Of a stretch of 64,000 bases of DNA, positions 61,301-64,000 are shown one piece after another; within the stretch, counting starts at the first letter, position 1, and each line of letters starts with the position of its first letter. This DNA comes from Chiloscyllium plagiosum (lineage: Eukaryota). The stretch lies in NCBI RefSeq assembly GCF_004010195.1, contig NC_057718.1, positions 32,922,727 to 32,986,726 of the forward strand, written 5' to 3'. The position numbers and the translations under genes were made by a program. The notes under the pieces are model-generated. The model saw nothing but the letters and a program-made list of their open reading frames with translations. It was not told the DNA's origin and did no database searches.

Positions 61301-62630
61301 TGAAGCCATACAGGACTTTTGCTAGGCTCTGTTTAATATTCATAGAATTGCCAAAGTGTGGAAGCAGTCTCTTTGGCCCATCGAGTTCATACCAACTCTC
61401 TGAAGAGCATCCCACCCAGACCCACCCCCAGATGTTGTGAAACTTGAAAGGGTTCAGAAAAGATTTACAAGGATGTTGCCACGGTTGGAGGATTTGAGCT
61501 GTAGAGAGAGGCTGAACAGGTTGGGGCTGTTTTCCCTGAAGGGTCGGCGTCTTAGGAGCAACCTTACAGAGGTTTACAAAATTATGAGGGGCATGGATAG
61601 GGTAAATAGGAAAAGTCTTTTCCCTGGGGTCGGGGAGTCCAGAACTAGAGGGTATAGGTTTAGGGTGAGAGGGGAAAGATATAAAAGAGACTAAAGGGCA
61701 ACTGTTTCACACAGAGGGTGGTACGTGTATGGAATGGGCTGCCAGAGGAAGTGGTGGAGGCTGGTACAATTGCAACACTTAAAAGGCATTTGGATGGGTA
61801 TATGAATAGGAAGGGTTTGGAAGGATATGGGCTGGGTGCTGGCAGGTGGGACTAGATTGGGTTGGAATATCTGGTCGGCATGGACGGGTTGGACCGAAGG
61901 GTCCGTTTCCATGCTGTACACCTCTATGACTCTACCTTGGCAATCCTCCATTTCCAATGGTTAATCCACCTCGCCTGCACATCATTGGACTATGGCAGAA
62001 AACTGGAGTACCCAAAGGAAACCCATGCAGACACAGACAGCTGCCTGAGGGTGGAGTCAAACTTGGATCCGTGCCGTGAGACAGCAGTACTAACCACTGA
62101 GCCACTGTGCCATCCCTTATGTACAGTTCTAGTTGCCATACTACCAGAAGGATGTGGAAGTTTTGGAGACAGTACAGAAAATGGTTTACCAGATGTTGCC
62201 TGGTTACTAGCTATGAGGAGAGACTGAACAAACTTGGTTTATTTTCACTTGAATGTCAAAATATGAGGGATGACCTGATAGAAGTTCACAAAATTATGAG
62301 TGACATAGATAGAATGGATATTTGGAGTCTTTTTCCCAGAGTAGAAATATCCATGACTATGGGAGGTTAAAGGTAAAAGGGGCTAAGTTTAAGAGATGTG
62401 AGAAGCAAGTTTTTTTTTTTACACAGATGATGCTAAGTGCCTGGAATGTGCTGCTATGGGAGTTGGTGGAGGCGGATACAGTAGTGATGTTTAAGAGGCA
62501 TCCTGAATGGGCAGGGAATAGAGGGATTATGGACCATATAGAGGCAAAAAGGTTTACAGTTTAGAAAGGCATCATGTGTCTGCACAGTCTTGATGGGCTG
62601 AAGGGCCTGTTCCTGTTCTGTGCACTTGTT
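58370..62630 (+). mobile_element. Near full-length decayed CR1 LINE (ORF1 and ORF2) with nested insertions
   Basis: ORF1: CNMC...HVCSKC zinc finger and esterase-like CLPSARIKDV / VVVYISTN. ORF2: endonuclease motifs (TETW, VVGDFN, LGNSDHN) and RT motifs (SGIPQGS, DDT), then a 3' tail. Confidence 0.88.
61341..62110 (-). mobile_element. SINE split by a younger + strand CR1 3' fragment (about 61430-61932)
   Basis: SINE tail about 61341-61428 and SINE head/body about 61935-62110 flank a CR1 fragment ending ctctatgactct. Confidence 0.75.
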
Positions 62631-64000
62631 TGATAAATGCATACAGAAACAAGTGAAAAAAGTAATAAAATTTCACAAGAAACATTAATAGAATGAGAAC
62701 TGAAAACATTTCTAGAACTACCCATTGACTCAGCACTATAGTCAAAAAGAAAGCAGTTACCAGTTTGCACAGTCTTTATAAATATCTCTGGGATTTGTGT
62801 GGTTTTATTGCAGGTCAGACACCCCAGAGTGAGGGTTATCTACAGTAAATACAGGCCTGTAAAAGCCATGGTAATGAAATGAGGGGATTTTTCACCTCAT
62901 TTTCAATGTCTGCTGGTAGACTCAGCAGCCGTGTGCTCAAAAAACCTTTTGCAATGGTCTTCTGCCGAGCCCCTGCCCACTGGAGAGTCTGGGATAGGCC
63001 AAACCCTCCATAGTAGGCTCAATTTTACAAGTTTGAATTCCCCACCCCCCACACAAAAAACAAGAATGGGTTTATATAGGACCTTTCATAATCTCCGAAG
63101 AATCCAAAGTACTTCAAAGCCAAAGAAATAGTATTACAATAATAGTGCCAACCTTAATGCAACATAGAGAAACACAGAAACAGGAACATCATAAATAACC
63201 AACAAAAGTATTTCAGCACAATTTTTTGGTTGGTAAATGTTAATCAAGCCAGCACACGAGATATTTCAGTTCTATTCAGAGAGCTGAGCTTGGTCAAAAA
63301 GGCAGGTTTTGAGGATTGTCTTAAAAGGAGGAAAATGAGGGAGGGAGCTGCAGAGGTATAAGGAACGAATTCCTAAGCTTATGCCATAGTCAACGGAATG
63401 CACGGTCATCAATTGTGGAGCACTGAAAACTGGAGATGACACTAGACCTCCAACACCACTGATGTCTAAGAAGGGCTGAAACTTTTTAACTGAATCTTCC
63501 AGTATCTGCTGTTACTTCCCTTAGCATCCAGTCTGGGCGATTTAGTTCTAGTTTGAACACTGCTAACATTCATTTTCCCTCCTCTTTACTTTTATCCATT
63601 TCAATTCCTCAAGTTACTGATAATGAAATTGGTGACATTTCATGAGCTGCTCCTTTTTTGAGGTATTTTAGGTGCTGGAGGTGATTTCCTCAAATTCCAG
63701 GAGCAACAATATGCTGTTGCATTGTTTTGAACTTTGGAAAAAAAAAGGTCAAAACAACAGCAGTTTTAAAAGGGAGAAGAACAGACAAAGGAAGCACATG
63801 GTGAGGTCAGTGCAGGAGAGAGAGAGAGAGAAAATCTGCACAGTTACTGCCTTTGCTGTTTGAATTAGTGTATCCCTGGACATCGACTGCATCTGGGAAA
63901 ATTATCAAACAGTGAAATTCACTATTGATCTTGGAGGAACTGTTGGGCGAAGTTTACAGTACAGAATTAGATAATTTAATTGTTGTTTTAAATGTGGCCG

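Noticed and set aside
63660..64000. Possible start of an LTR-like repeat at the window edge
   Set aside because: Truncated by the window end; no terminus, TSD or second copy to support a call

Overview
Repeat-rich eukaryotic genomic DNA from a vertebrate, most likely a shark. That assignment is an inference from the HE1-like tRNA-SINEs, abundant CR1 LINEs and Deu-domain-like SINEs. Two spliced genes lie tail-to-tail. CRIPT exons 2-5 are on + (123-5562; exon 1 is outside the window). Exons 2-6 of a GTP cyclohydrolase I gene are on - (41742 down to 26921; exon 1 was not found and probably lies beyond the window end). This gene is plausibly the gch2/GCH1b paralogue rather than GCH1. All nine exons have GT-AG boundaries, and their sizes match the human genes as I recall them. 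The rest is mostly transposon relics: many nested CR1 LINEs, SINEs, two Tigger/pogo-like MITEs, a solo LTR, a PIF/Harbinger transposase fossil and several families of Penelope-like elements (PLEs). The most notable hidden layer is a set of minimal hammerhead-ribozyme motifs (CUGAnGA-stem II-GAAA-palindrome-UH) from at least four PLE terminal-repeat families. They occur on long PLE relics, fold-back inverted insertions and very short TSD-flanked insertions. Also present are a tandemly duplicated splice donor in the GCH gene and several locally templated duplications. Most ORFs in the supplied track are TE fragments or noise. Four N-gaps limit interpretation. No wholly new protein-coding system could be supported.
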